A stretch of DNA of 57,938 nt from an uncultured delta proteobacterium. GTDB taxonomy: Bacteria; Myxococcota_A; Polyangia; Polyangiales; Polyangiaceae. The stretch is taken from NCBI GenBank assembly GCA_963716725.1, contig CAVQUB010000028.1:1-57938 (forward strand), read 5' to 3'. The notes beneath the pieces were generated by a model that did not search any database, had not been told where the DNA came from, and worked only from the letters and a program-made list of their open reading frames with translations. A program made the translations under genes and the position numbers. Shown one piece after another: positions 28,566-37,276 of this stretch (positions within the stretch are counted from its first letter, which is position 1; each line of letters starts with the position of its first letter).

Positions 28566-30686
28566 GTGCGAACCAAACTTGCTTGTCTCGGGTCTTGCCT
28601 GCTGCTCTCGGTCACCGCTTGCGGGGGAGGCGACGACAACAGCCCCCCGAAGCTCGACAACATCCCGGATCAGAGCGCCTCGGTGGGCACTCAGCTCTCG
28701 GTGGCGTTGCGCGCGACCGACCCCGACGGCGATCCGATCACCTTCGGCTTCAAGTCGGACATCAGCGACATGGGCAACCGAGCCTGGATCGACAGCGGCG
28801 CCGGCGGGACCGCTGTCTTCAAGTGGATCCCGATCGGCTCCGACGTCGGCATCCATTCCTTCGACTTCAGCGCCTCCGATGGCAAGGACAAAGCGCGGCG
28901 CACCGTTTCCATCGACGTGAAGTCGGCTGCGGCGGGCGAGGGCTCGCCCATCTTCATCAAACCGCTCGGCACCGGGACGACCCTGGACGTCACCACCAAG
29001 AAATGCGTCGACGTGCCGATCGTGGTCGCGGACGCGGACAGCACCCAGGTCGATTTGGCGCAAGAGCCGCCGCTCATCGACGGCGCGACGCTGGAGCAGA
29101 CCGACGGCTTGGTCGGCAACTGGAGCTGGTGTCCCACGGCCGAGCAGATCAGCGGTGGGGAGCTCTTCACGCTCTCGCTCTCGGCCTACGACAGCGACCA
29201 CCCCAAGGTGGTCAAAGACTTCTTGATCGTGCTCCAGAAGGGCAGCAAGCCGGACTGCCCCGGCGAAGCGCCGGTCATCGTGCACACGGCGACGGATCAG
29301 TCCACGAACCTCGATCTCTCGATCAAGGCCAAGGTCACCGATGACAAGGGGCTGAAGTTCCCGCCCTTGCTCATGTACAGCGACAAAGATCCGGGCCCGA
29401 CGCCAGACTTCGCGAGCATGACCCAGCTGACCATGGACGAAGTCGCGGGCAGCACGGGCGATTACAGCGGCAGCATTCCCAACCCCGTCGCCGCGAAAGC
29501 GCCCGGCGCGACGGCCAAGATCTACTACCTGATCGTCGCCAACGACAACGACGACGCCGAGGGCGACTGTGATCACCAGACGCGCTCGCCGGCGACCGGA
29601 TCCCACTCGATGACCGTCACCAACTCGCCGGGGGGCTCGGGCCTCGCGCCCTGTGCGACCTGCTCGAACGACGTGCAGTGCGGCGGAGCGAGCGACTACT
29701 GCGTGATCGTCTCCGGCGAAAAAGTCTGCGGCAAGGCCTGTAAGGACAAGTCCGAGTGCCCGTCGACCCACGACTGCTCGGCGTCGGCGGTGGTCAGCGT
29801 CGGCGGCAAGAGCAGCAAGCAGTGCGTGCCGACCTCGGGCAAATGTGGCGGCACCACCACGACCTGCACCGACGACAGCCACGAGGACAACGACACGTTG
29901 ACGCAGGTGAAGACCAAGCCGGGGTTGCCCGCCGGGAACTACCAGCTCAAGAGCTGCCCCGGATCCTACTTCGACGACGAGGACTGGTACCCCATCGACA
30001 TCAGCGCCGAAGCCACCGTGACGGCCACGCTGACCGGCGGGGCGGCGAGCAACCTCGATCTGATGCTCAAAGACTCGACCGGCAAGCTGGTGGTCAGCTC
30101 TGCCAAGCCGACTTCTTCGGAGACGCTCACGACCTGCCTGCAACCGGGTCGCTACTACTTCCACGTCTGGGCCTGGTCCAAGGCCGAGAACAGCTACACC
30201 CTCAACTGGTCGAAGCAGAACGGCTGCGCCGTGCAGTGCGTGGACGATTCGTCGGACGCCGGTGGCAAGAACGACGACAACAAGAGCCAAGCGCGCGACG
30301 CGGACATCTCCAGCGCCGCCTACAAGTCGGCTGCACAGCAGATCTGCGCCTGGGACGACGATTGGTACGAGGTGTTCATGGTCAAGGACGAGACCATCAA
30401 CGCCACCCTGAAGTTCACCCAGGCCAAGTTCAGCGAAGACATCGATCTCTACCTCTACGATCCGGCCGGCGTGCAGATCACCAAGTGCACCGAGGCCGAG
30501 CCGGATGACTGCGACAGCGGCAACGGTCAGTCGTCCACCTCCAACGAGAAGCTCAGCTACAAGATCCCCACGACTGGCAGCTACTTCATCGTGGTGCACG
30601 GCTGGGAGGGCGCTCAGAACAAGTACGACATCTGCATCGACTACACGAGCGCTACCAAGACCACCAACGGGTGCCCGCCCCTGTGA
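28566..30686 (+). CDS. Non-catalytic surface lipoprotein with Ig/cadherin-like, Cys-rich and two PPC-like domains
   Basis: Lipobox VTAC; N.PP.L..I.DQ..ATDPDGD Ig unit; two D.DWY..LDL/IDLYL..G.Y PPC units. Confidence 0.7.
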   Translation: MRTKLACLGSCLLLSVTACGGGDDNSPPKLDNIPDQSASVGTQLSVALRATDPDGDPITFGFKSDISDMGNRAWIDSGAGGTAVFKWIPIGSDVGIHSFDFSASDGKDKARRTVSIDVKSAAAGEGSPIFIKPLGTGTTLDVTTKKCVDVPIVVADADSTQVDLAQEPPLIDGATLEQTDGLVGNWSWCPTAEQISGGELFTLSLSAYDSDHPKVVKDFLIVLQKGSKPDCPGEAPVIVHTATDQSTNLDLSIKAKVTDDKGLKFPPLLMYSDKDPGPTPDFASMTQLTMDEVAGSTGDYSGSIPNPVAAKAPGATAKIYYLIVANDNDDAEGDCDHQTRSPATGSHSMTVTNSPGGSGLAPCATCSNDVQCGGASDYCVIVSGEKVCGKACKDKSECPSTHDCSASAVVSVGGKSSKQCVPTSGKCGGTTTTCTDDSHEDNDTLTQVKTKPGLPAGNYQLKSCPGSYFDDEDWYPIDISAEATVTATLTGGAASNLDLMLKDSTGKLVVSSAKPTSSETLTTCLQPGRYYFHVWAWSKAENSYTLNWSKQNGCAVQCVDDSSDAGGKNDDNKSQARDADISSAAYKSAAQQICAWDDDWYEVFMVKDETINATLKFTQAKFSEDIDLYLYDPAGVQITKCTEAEPDDCDSGNGQSSTSNEKLSYKIPTTGSYFIVVHGWEGAQNKYDICIDYTSATKTTNGCPPL

Positions 30687-32701
30687 GGCCCGATCCGAAG
30701 CTCAGGCGGGCGCGCGGTCTGGGTCGGCGATTGGCGCTGGCGCTCGCCGGCGTGCTGGCGCTGGGCTGGGTGGCCTGCGGCGACGATGCCTCCGAGGCGC
30801 CCGCCGGCAAGACCACGGACTTGATCGTGAACGAGGTCTTTCCCGCGGCCTTGGTCCCCGGCAGCGTGCTCGTGGTCGAAGGCAACTTCGTCGATCTGAA
30901 GCCGGCGTTCGTGCACCTGAGCGGCAGCATGAACGGGCAGCCGGTGGACGTGCTCTTGCCGGCCGAGCCCAAGGGACTCGGTCGGCTCGAGGTCAGCTGG
31001 AATGGCGGCGTGAGCATGGGCCTGCCCGGGAACGACGGGGAGTTCGTCGGCACCGTGCAGATCACTGCCAGCGTGCCGGCGGATCCACGCGAGCACCTGT
31101 CGCCCCTGCGGCCGCTGAACCTGCGCGTCGCCACCCAGCTCGTGCCCAAATTCTTCGGGGTCGAAGAGGGCATCAAGCAGGTCAACGACACGATCCGGGT
31201 CGATGGAGACGACTTCTTGCTCGGCGGCGGCGAGGGCCGCACCTTCGCGATCCTCGAGGGCTGCTTCCAGAAGGCCGGTGACACCTGCAAGCCGGTGCCC
31301 GACGTCGAGGTGCCCCTGGCGCCGGACGAGCTCCAGACGGATGTCACGACCCAGCGCAAGCTCGCGTCCTTCCCCTTTGCGCCCAAGATCGCGGGCATCG
31401 AGCCCGGGCTGTTCCAGGGCAGCGTGCGCCTTCGCAGCGATCACAAGTCGAGCGGTCCCAGCACCGAGACGGCGCAAATTCCAGTGGAGATCCAGCTGGT
31501 GCCGACGACCCTGACCTCGTTCTCGCCCGCGGCGGCCAGCCTGGGCCAGTACGTCGAGATCGGCGGCGGCGGCTTCGTCGGCAAGAACCCCGACGTCGCG
31601 GACTCGACGCCAGCGACCACGCGCATCCAGCTGGTCGGAACCTTCACGGCGACCGGCGCACCAAGCGGCAGCGCCGTGAACCTCGAGCTGATCACCGAGT
31701 ACGTGAACGGTCGCCTGGTCCGCTACGTGCTCAACGAAGAAGACGCTCTGGGACAAACCGCGGACCTTCGCACCGTGACCGGCGCGTTCAAGGGGACCGC
31801 CAAGCCCGTGGCGACCTACGGGAGCCAGTCGGTGACCGGCGGCGAGATCCAAGTGACCCTGGGTATCGCAGCCGTGAAGCAGGTGGTGTGGGTCAACTGG
31901 ATGCCGACCTACCGGGACAGCCTCGAGAACATGGGCCTGCGCGCCGCGGATCAGCGCATCCGAGAGCGCATCATCGAGGCCATGCAGGCGCCCTACATCG
32001 GCGTGAACCTGGAGTTTCGCACCGAGGAGCCCCGGGACTTCAAGCTCTACGCCCGCGTCGATCTCGAAGGTCCGGACCCCAACGGACTGGGGCTCTTGGG
32101 CTACGACAACACGGCCGGCAAGGACAAAGGCAACGACCGCCTCGAAGACCGGATCGGCGGCGTGAACGCGGTGACCCAAGAAGGCGGATATCCGGGCTAC
32201 GGCGGCGTCTTCATCGACTCGCTCTTCGGCTTCAGCACGCACCCGGGCAAGTTCGCGACGAAGCTCGAGGTTGCCGATCCGCTCTTCGACCAGATCTTCG
32301 ATCCCTTCCGGCCCGATCGAAAGGGCAAGCCGGTGCTGGCGGAGGAGTTGGCCGTGAACGTGCCGGTGCTGCAGAGCGGTGCGGGCTGCCCGGCGGCAAA
32401 GAACGATCGCAAGGGCCGCATCGCCTGCGCGATCTGGGTGCTCGGCTCCCTGGTGGGCACCACCGCTGCCCACGAGGTCGGGCACTCCCTCGGCTTGGCC
32501 GATCCCGAGGGCGAGGACTTTCACAACTCCGGCGACGAGCCGAATCGACTGATGGACTCGGGCGGTGCTCGGAGTCTCCGCGAACGCGCCGAGCTCGGCG
32601 AGGGACCGGGCGTGTTCTGCGACGACGAGTACAAATATCTGAAGCAGATCCTGCCGAGCCCGATCCCCGATCCGGTGGGCATGCGCCCGACCTGCAACTG
32701 A
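30683..32701 (+). CDS. Lipoprotein with C-terminal zinc metallopeptidase motif
   Basis: Lipobox WVAC; HEVGHSLGLAD followed by a Met-turn-like RLMD; GTG overlaps the upstream TGA. Confidence 0.7.
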   Translation: MRPDPKLRRARGLGRRLALALAGVLALGWVACGDDASEAPAGKTTDLIVNEVFPAALVPGSVLVVEGNFVDLKPAFVHLSGSMNGQPVDVLLPAEPKGLGRLEVSWNGGVSMGLPGNDGEFVGTVQITASVPADPREHLSPLRPLNLRVATQLVPKFFGVEEGIKQVNDTIRVDGDDFLLGGGEGRTFAILEGCFQKAGDTCKPVPDVEVPLAPDELQTDVTTQRKLASFPFAPKIAGIEPGLFQGSVRLRSDHKSSGPSTETAQIPVEIQLVPTTLTSFSPAAASLGQYVEIGGGGFVGKNPDVADSTPATTRIQLVGTFTATGAPSGSAVNLELITEYVNGRLVRYVLNEEDALGQTADLRTVTGAFKGTAKPVATYGSQSVTGGEIQVTLGIAAVKQVVWVNWMPTYRDSLENMGLRAADQRIRERIIEAMQAPYIGVNLEFRTEEPRDFKLYARVDLEGPDPNGLGLLGYDNTAGKDKGNDRLEDRIGGVNAVTQEGGYPGYGGVFIDSLFGFSTHPGKFATKLEVADPLFDQIFDPFRPDRKGKPVLAEELAVNVPVLQSGAGCPAAKNDRKGRIACAIWVLGSLVGTTAAHEVGHSLGLADPEGEDFHNSGDEPNRLMDSGGARSLRERAELGEGPGVFCDDEYKYLKQILPSPIPDPVGMRPTCN

Positions 32702-32722
32702 GGCGCTTGGCGCCCGCGCGGC

Positions 32723-33859
32723 TCAGAGTCCCTGGATCCACGCATCGACGGCGGCGAGGCCCGCGGTGTCAACGACCTCGGTTCCGAGGGGCGGCATCTG
32801 AGTGATGGTGCCGCGCTCGTTCATGCGGATGTGCAGGTCGCTCTTGCTCGGATCGCCCGGCACCACGCGGGACTGACCGGTGCTGGGGTTGGACGAAGTG
32901 AGCGACTTGTTGGCCGTGGTCAGGTAGGAGTCCGTGGTCTTGACCGAGCCCAGGTTCTCGACCCTGAGCCAGAGCTGCATGTCGACCATGGCCAAGACGA
33001 AGCTCTTCTCGTTGTGGCAGATGCCGCAGTTGGCGTGCAGGGTGCCGAGCGCTGCCTGGTCCTGGGTGCTGCCCGGGAGCGTGAAGGAGCCGGCGGGGTT
33101 CTGCGTCAACTGGCCGCCAGCCATGAGCTTGGCGAGGGTCACGCCGGCGTCGCTGTGCGAGAGCTGGATGGCGCTGAAGGACGCCGCGCGGTCGGGCATC
33201 TTGGAGTGGCAGACGCCGCAGTCGCCCTCGGACGGGATGTCGTGCTTCGTGCCCGACGCGTCCTTCACGCCCGCGGGCACCGCGACGGCGTCCGTCTGCG
33301 CGGTGTTCCACTGGTAGGCCATCATGTCCCAGACCGTGGCCGAGGTCTTGTGCATGAGCCGCGTCTCGACCCGAACCCCGTCGCGCACGAACTCTTTCCA
33401 GAGCTTGGTGCCGACCGGATAGACCCAGAAGTTCATGTCCGTCGTGTCGATCTTTGCGCCGCTCGGCAGATAGACCCAGCGCTTCTTCACCGCGCCGTCG
33501 GTCCAGAGCTCATACTTCGGGCGATATTCCTGGACTCCCGCCGCGAGGGTGCCCTTGGCCGCATCCGAGTAGAGGCCGGTCTGCGAGAGCTTGTCGGGAA
33601 CGCCGCCGTCGGAGGATCCGCCGCTGCCCGCGCTGCCGCCGCTACCGCCACTGCCCGCGCTGCCGCCACTGCCCGCGCTGCCGCCGCTGCCTGCGACGCC
33701 GCCGCTGCCTGCGACGCCGCCGCTGCCCGCGACGCCGCCGCTGCCCGCGCTGCCGCCACTGCCGCTGCCGCCTCCAGTGCCCTTCTTCGCGTCGCTCTCA
33801 TCCGAAGAGCAGCCCAACACCAGCGCCACGATCGCGACCGGAACGATGCGAGTCCACAT
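32723..33859 (-). CDS. Diheme c-type cytochrome lipoprotein
   Basis: Lipobox VLGC, Gly/Ser linker, LSQTGLY..LWTDGA.K.RW..YPVGT..KEF..ETRL, CGVCH, CGICH, QMPP. Confidence 0.8.
   Translation of the reverse strand: MWTRIVPVAIVALVLGCSSDESDAKKGTGGGSGSGGSAGSGGVAGSGGVAGSGGVAGSGGSAGSGGSAGSGGSGGSAGSGGSSDGGVPDKLSQTGLYSDAAKGTLAAGVQEYRPKYELWTDGAVKKRWVYLPSGAKIDTTDMNFWVYPVGTKLWKEFVRDGVRVETRLMHKTSATVWDMMAYQWNTAQTDAVAVPAGVKDASGTKHDIPSEGDCGVCHSKMPDRAASFSAIQLSHSDAGVTLAKLMAGGQLTQNPAGSFTLPGSTQDQAALGTLHANCGICHNEKSFVLAMVDMQLWLRVENLGSVKTTDSYLTTANKSLTSSNPSTGQSRVVPGDPSKSDLHIRMNERGTITQMPPLGTEVVDTAGLAAVDAWIQGL
33618..33772 (-). repeat. In-frame 18-bp degenerate tandem repeats (SGGVAG/SGGSAG linker)
   Basis: Read directly from the sequence. 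Confidence 0.8.
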
Positions 33860-33874
33860 GAGCGCGAGTGTAGC

Positions 33875-34102
33875 TCAGCTCTTCTTGTCGTTGGCGCCCG
33901 CCGCGGCGCCGATGACCAAGAACATCGCTGCGAGCAGGCCCACGACCACCGGTCGATGAACGAGCGGGCGCTTGTTGGTCGTGGATTGGGTCGCGATCTT
34001 GGGCGGGGTCGCGATCTTGGGCGGGGGTGCTTCGTCCGCCAGCGCGGGCGCAGCGCCGAGCGCGACCGCCAACCCGACCCCCAGGAGCAATCGCCGTCCC
34101 AT
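33875..34102 (-). CDS. Small exported or membrane-anchored protein
   Basis: Signal peptide ending ALA, 18-bp duplication (PPKIAT x2, 33988-34023), C-terminal hydrophobic helix followed by KK. Confidence 0.5.
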   Translation of the reverse strand: MGRRLLLGVGLAVALGAAPALADEAPPPKIATPPKIATQSTTNKRPLVHRPVVVGLLAAMFLVIGAAAGANDKKS

Positions 34103-34189
34103 CCCGTCACGAGTATTCTGGTGACCTCGGGCCGTCAAGGCTGCGGGGCACTCGGTTCCCGAGAGGCACGGGCCGTCCGCGATGGTGTG

Positions 34190-35398
34190 TCAGCGCGCCG
34201 CGGGGTGAGCGCGCTCGAGCTCTCCGCGAGCGAGGGCTGCCTCGCGCCGCACGTCGGGGTCCGGATCGGCGAGGGCCGCCACCAGGGCCGGCTCCGCGCG
34301 GGATCCACCGAGTCTGCCCAGGGCCCAGGCCGCGTGCGCTCGCACCAAGGCGCTGGGGTGCGAGGCCAGGGCCTGCGCGAGTGCGGGCACGACCGAGGCA
34401 TCGCCGGAGTTGCCCAGGGCGACGGCCGCGTTCCGTGCGAGCACGTCGCGGCTGACGCGACGCAGCGCGGTCCGACGCACCAGCCGTCGATGGGAGGCGT
34501 TGCCCGCGCTCAGCAGATCCGTGAGCACGATGCCGAGCTGGTCGATGCGCCCGGCAAGCTCGGGAGCGTGGGGTCGCGGCGAGGCCGAGGCATCGAAGGG
34601 GCACACCGCTTGGCAGTCGTCGCAGCCGAAGATGCGCGCGCCGATCAGCGGGCGGATCTCCAGCGGAATGAGGCCGTGGTGCTCGATGGTCCAATACGAG
34701 ATGCAGCGCCGCGCATCGACCACGAAGGCAGCGACGATGGCTCCGGTCGGGCAGGCGTCGATGCAGGCGACGCAACCGCCGCAGCCCGCAGGCATGGCAG
34801 CTCCCTCGTCAATTTCGAGATCGGTGATCAGCTCTCCGAGCATCACATTGGTTCCGATGCCCGGAATGATGAGCAGCGTGCTCTTGCCGACGAAGCCGAG
34901 GCCCGCGCGCGCCGCTAGCTCTCGTTCGAGCAATGGGGCGGTGTCGACGGCGATGCGCGCGTGGTGGCTCTTACCGGCTGCGTTCGCGAGAGCGTCTGCG
35001 AGGGCCCGGAGCTTTTCCTTCATGACCAGGTGGTAGTCGGTGCCCCGGGCAAAGGCGGCGACGCCGCCTCGGAGGGGTTCGCCCTGGGCCGAGCGACGCA
35101 GCAACGTGGGAGTGGGCGTGGCGAGAGCGGCGACGATCACCGAGCGTGCCCCCGGCAGGAGGGCGCGCGGATCGGCGCGGTCGCCGCCGCGCATGTAGTC
35201 GAGATCTGCGTCGTGCCCGGCCGCGAGCCAGGCGTCGAGGCGGGCTCCGCCGGCGTCGAGCCGGTCTGCGGGGGCCACCGCCATTGCGGCGAAGCCCAGG
35301 GCCAGGGCCTCGCGGGTCAGGCGCTCAGCGAGCGCGCGGCCCGAGAGCCCGGCGCCCTCAGTCTGGGGCTGGTGGTGGCCGGTCGCGGGGTCCTGCAC
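34190..35398 (-). CDS. queG: tRNA epoxyqueuosine(34) reductase with C-terminal HEAT repeats
   Basis: DYH, VDTAPLLERELA..AGLG..GK, CGGCVACIDACPT, RCISYWTIE, GCDDCQAVCP, RNAAVALGN. Confidence 0.92.
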   Translation of the reverse strand: MQDPATGHHQPQTEGAGLSGRALAERLTREALALGFAAMAVAPADRLDAGGARLDAWLAAGHDADLDYMRGGDRADPRALLPGARSVIVAALATPTPTLLRRSAQGEPLRGGVAAFARGTDYHLVMKEKLRALADALANAAGKSHHARIAVDTAPLLERELAARAGLGFVGKSTLLIIPGIGTNVMLGELITDLEIDEGAAMPAGCGGCVACIDACPTGAIVAAFVVDARRCISYWTIEHHGLIPLEIRPLIGARIFGCDDCQAVCPFDASASPRPHAPELAGRIDQLGIVLTDLLSAGNASHRRLVRRTALRRVSRDVLARNAAVALGNSGDASVVPALAQALASHPSALVRAHAAWALGRLGGSRAEPALVAALADPDPDVRREAALARGELERAHPAAR

Positions 35399-35527
35399 GA
35401 CAGGAGCAGTTCTACACCGGAAAAATCGACCGACGGGAATAGTCTCGGCGCCTTCCGGGTCCCGGGCGGGCGCGTCTTGTGGTAACGCGGGGCCCCCAAT
35501 GGGTCCTCGGAAGAGCAGTCGACAGCC

Positions 35528-36554
35528 GTGATCGAGATCAGCGAGCTTTACAAGTACTACGGGGATCGGCGCGCCGTCGGTCCGCTGTCGGCCCGCATCG
35601 AGAAGGGCGAGATCGTCGGCTTGCTCGGCCTCAACGGCGCCGGCAAGACCACCACTCTGCGCATTCTTGGCCTGCGATCTGCTGCCGACCAGCGGGTCGG
35701 TTCGCGTCGGTGGCCTCGACGTGGTCGACGTCGCCCCACGAGGTGCGCAAGCGCATCGGGTATTTGCCGGACACGCCGCCGGTCTATCCGGAGATGACCG
35801 TCGAGGAGTACCTGATCTTCGCGGCGCGGCTCCGGGGTGTGTCGGGGAGCGACGTCGAGAAGCGGGTGGACGAGGCCCTCGAGCTCACCGAGATCGGGCG
35901 CCGAGCGCGATCACGCCCATCGGTGCGCTCTCCCACGGCTATCGGCAGCGGGTCGGCATCGCCCAGGCCATCGTGCACAAGCCGGAGTTCGTGGTGCTCG
36001 ACGAGCCCATCAGCGGGCTCGATCCCGTGCAGATCGTCGAGATGCGCGATCTGGTGCGCAGCCTCGGTGGCGATCACACCGTGGTCGTCTCGAGCCACAT
36101 CCTGAGCGAGATCCACGAGACCTGCGATCGGATCTTCGTGATCCGCGACGGCGAGATCGTCGCCTCTGGGACCGAGAAGGAGCTGTCGGAGCGCTTGCTG
36201 TCGGGCATGCGCATCACGCTCTCGGTGCGAGTGGGCGACGGCGGCGCAGCGCGGGCCACCGAGCTCATTTCCGGTGTCGCCGGCGTCTCGCAGGTCGAAC
36301 TCGCAGCCGAGAACGCGCCCGGGGGGCGCAGAGGCGTCGCCAACTACCGGGTGGAGCTCGCCCGAGACACCCGAGACGAGCTGACCCGAGCCGTGGTGAA
36401 CGGCGGGCTCGGGTTGCTCGAGCTGACGCGCGGCGAGCGCGAGCTCGAGAGCGTCTTCCTCGAGCTGGCCAAGAGCGACGAGCCGGCGCGCCGCAAGAAG
36501 AAGCGGAGGCAGGCCGCCGCCGCCGCTGAGCCGCCCGTGGAGGAGCCGTCATGA
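35528..36554 (+). CDS. ABC transporter ATP-binding protein (GldA-like); three frameshifts at about 35666, 35728 and 35905
   Basis: GLNGAGKTT, IGYLPDTPPVYPEMTV, LSHGYRQRVGIAQA, LDEP and SSH are spread across three frames. Confidence 0.8.
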
Positions 36555-37276
36555 GTCAGGCATTGCTGATCGCCCGCCGGGAGTTGAGCGCGTACTCGGC
36601 GCTCGCCGCTGGGCGCCATCGTGATCGCCGGGGCGCTGCTGATCGACGGCATCTACTTCTACTGGAAGGGCCTCACAGAAAAGCTGGTCTCGGCCCAGGT
36701 GCTGAGCGAGTTCTTCTACGGAGCGAGCGGCACCACCATGATCGCCGGCATCGTCTTGGCGATGCGCCTCTTGGCCGAAGAACGCCAGACCGGGACCCTC
36801 ACCCTGCTCAACACGTCGCCGGTGAAAGACAGCGAGATCGTGCTGGGCAAGTTCGTGAGCGCCTTTGGGGTGCTGGCGCTGATGACGGCCTTCACGGTCT
36901 ACATGCCGCTCCTGATCTTCGTGAACGGCAAGGTCAGCGTCGGCCACATTGTCGTCGGGCTACGCGGGGCTGCTGCTGCTGGGCGCGGCGTCGCTCTCCA
37001 TCGGCCTGTTTGCGTCGGCGGTCGCCAAGTCGCAGGTGGTGGCGGCGCTCATCGGCGCGCTGATCCTGGCGCCGCTGGTGCTGCTTGTGGGCGGTCGCCA
37101 AGGCGGTCGATCCGCCGCTGAACGGCGTGATGTCGGCCATGGCGATCCACCACGAGAACTTTCGCCCCTTCATGAGCGGGATCCTCGAGCTCGACGGCGT
37201 CGTGTACTACGTCGCCGTCACCTACTTCTTCTTGCTCGCGGCGACCAAGACCTTGGAGGCACGCCGATGGCGCTGA
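36551..37276 (+). CDS. ABC transporter permease (GldF-like); three frameshifts at about 36597, 36958 and 37085
   Basis: IARRELSAY..SPLG, MRLLAEERQTGTL.LL.TSPV..IVLGKF, IGLFASA..SQVVAA, LEARRWR across frames. Confidence 0.8.
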
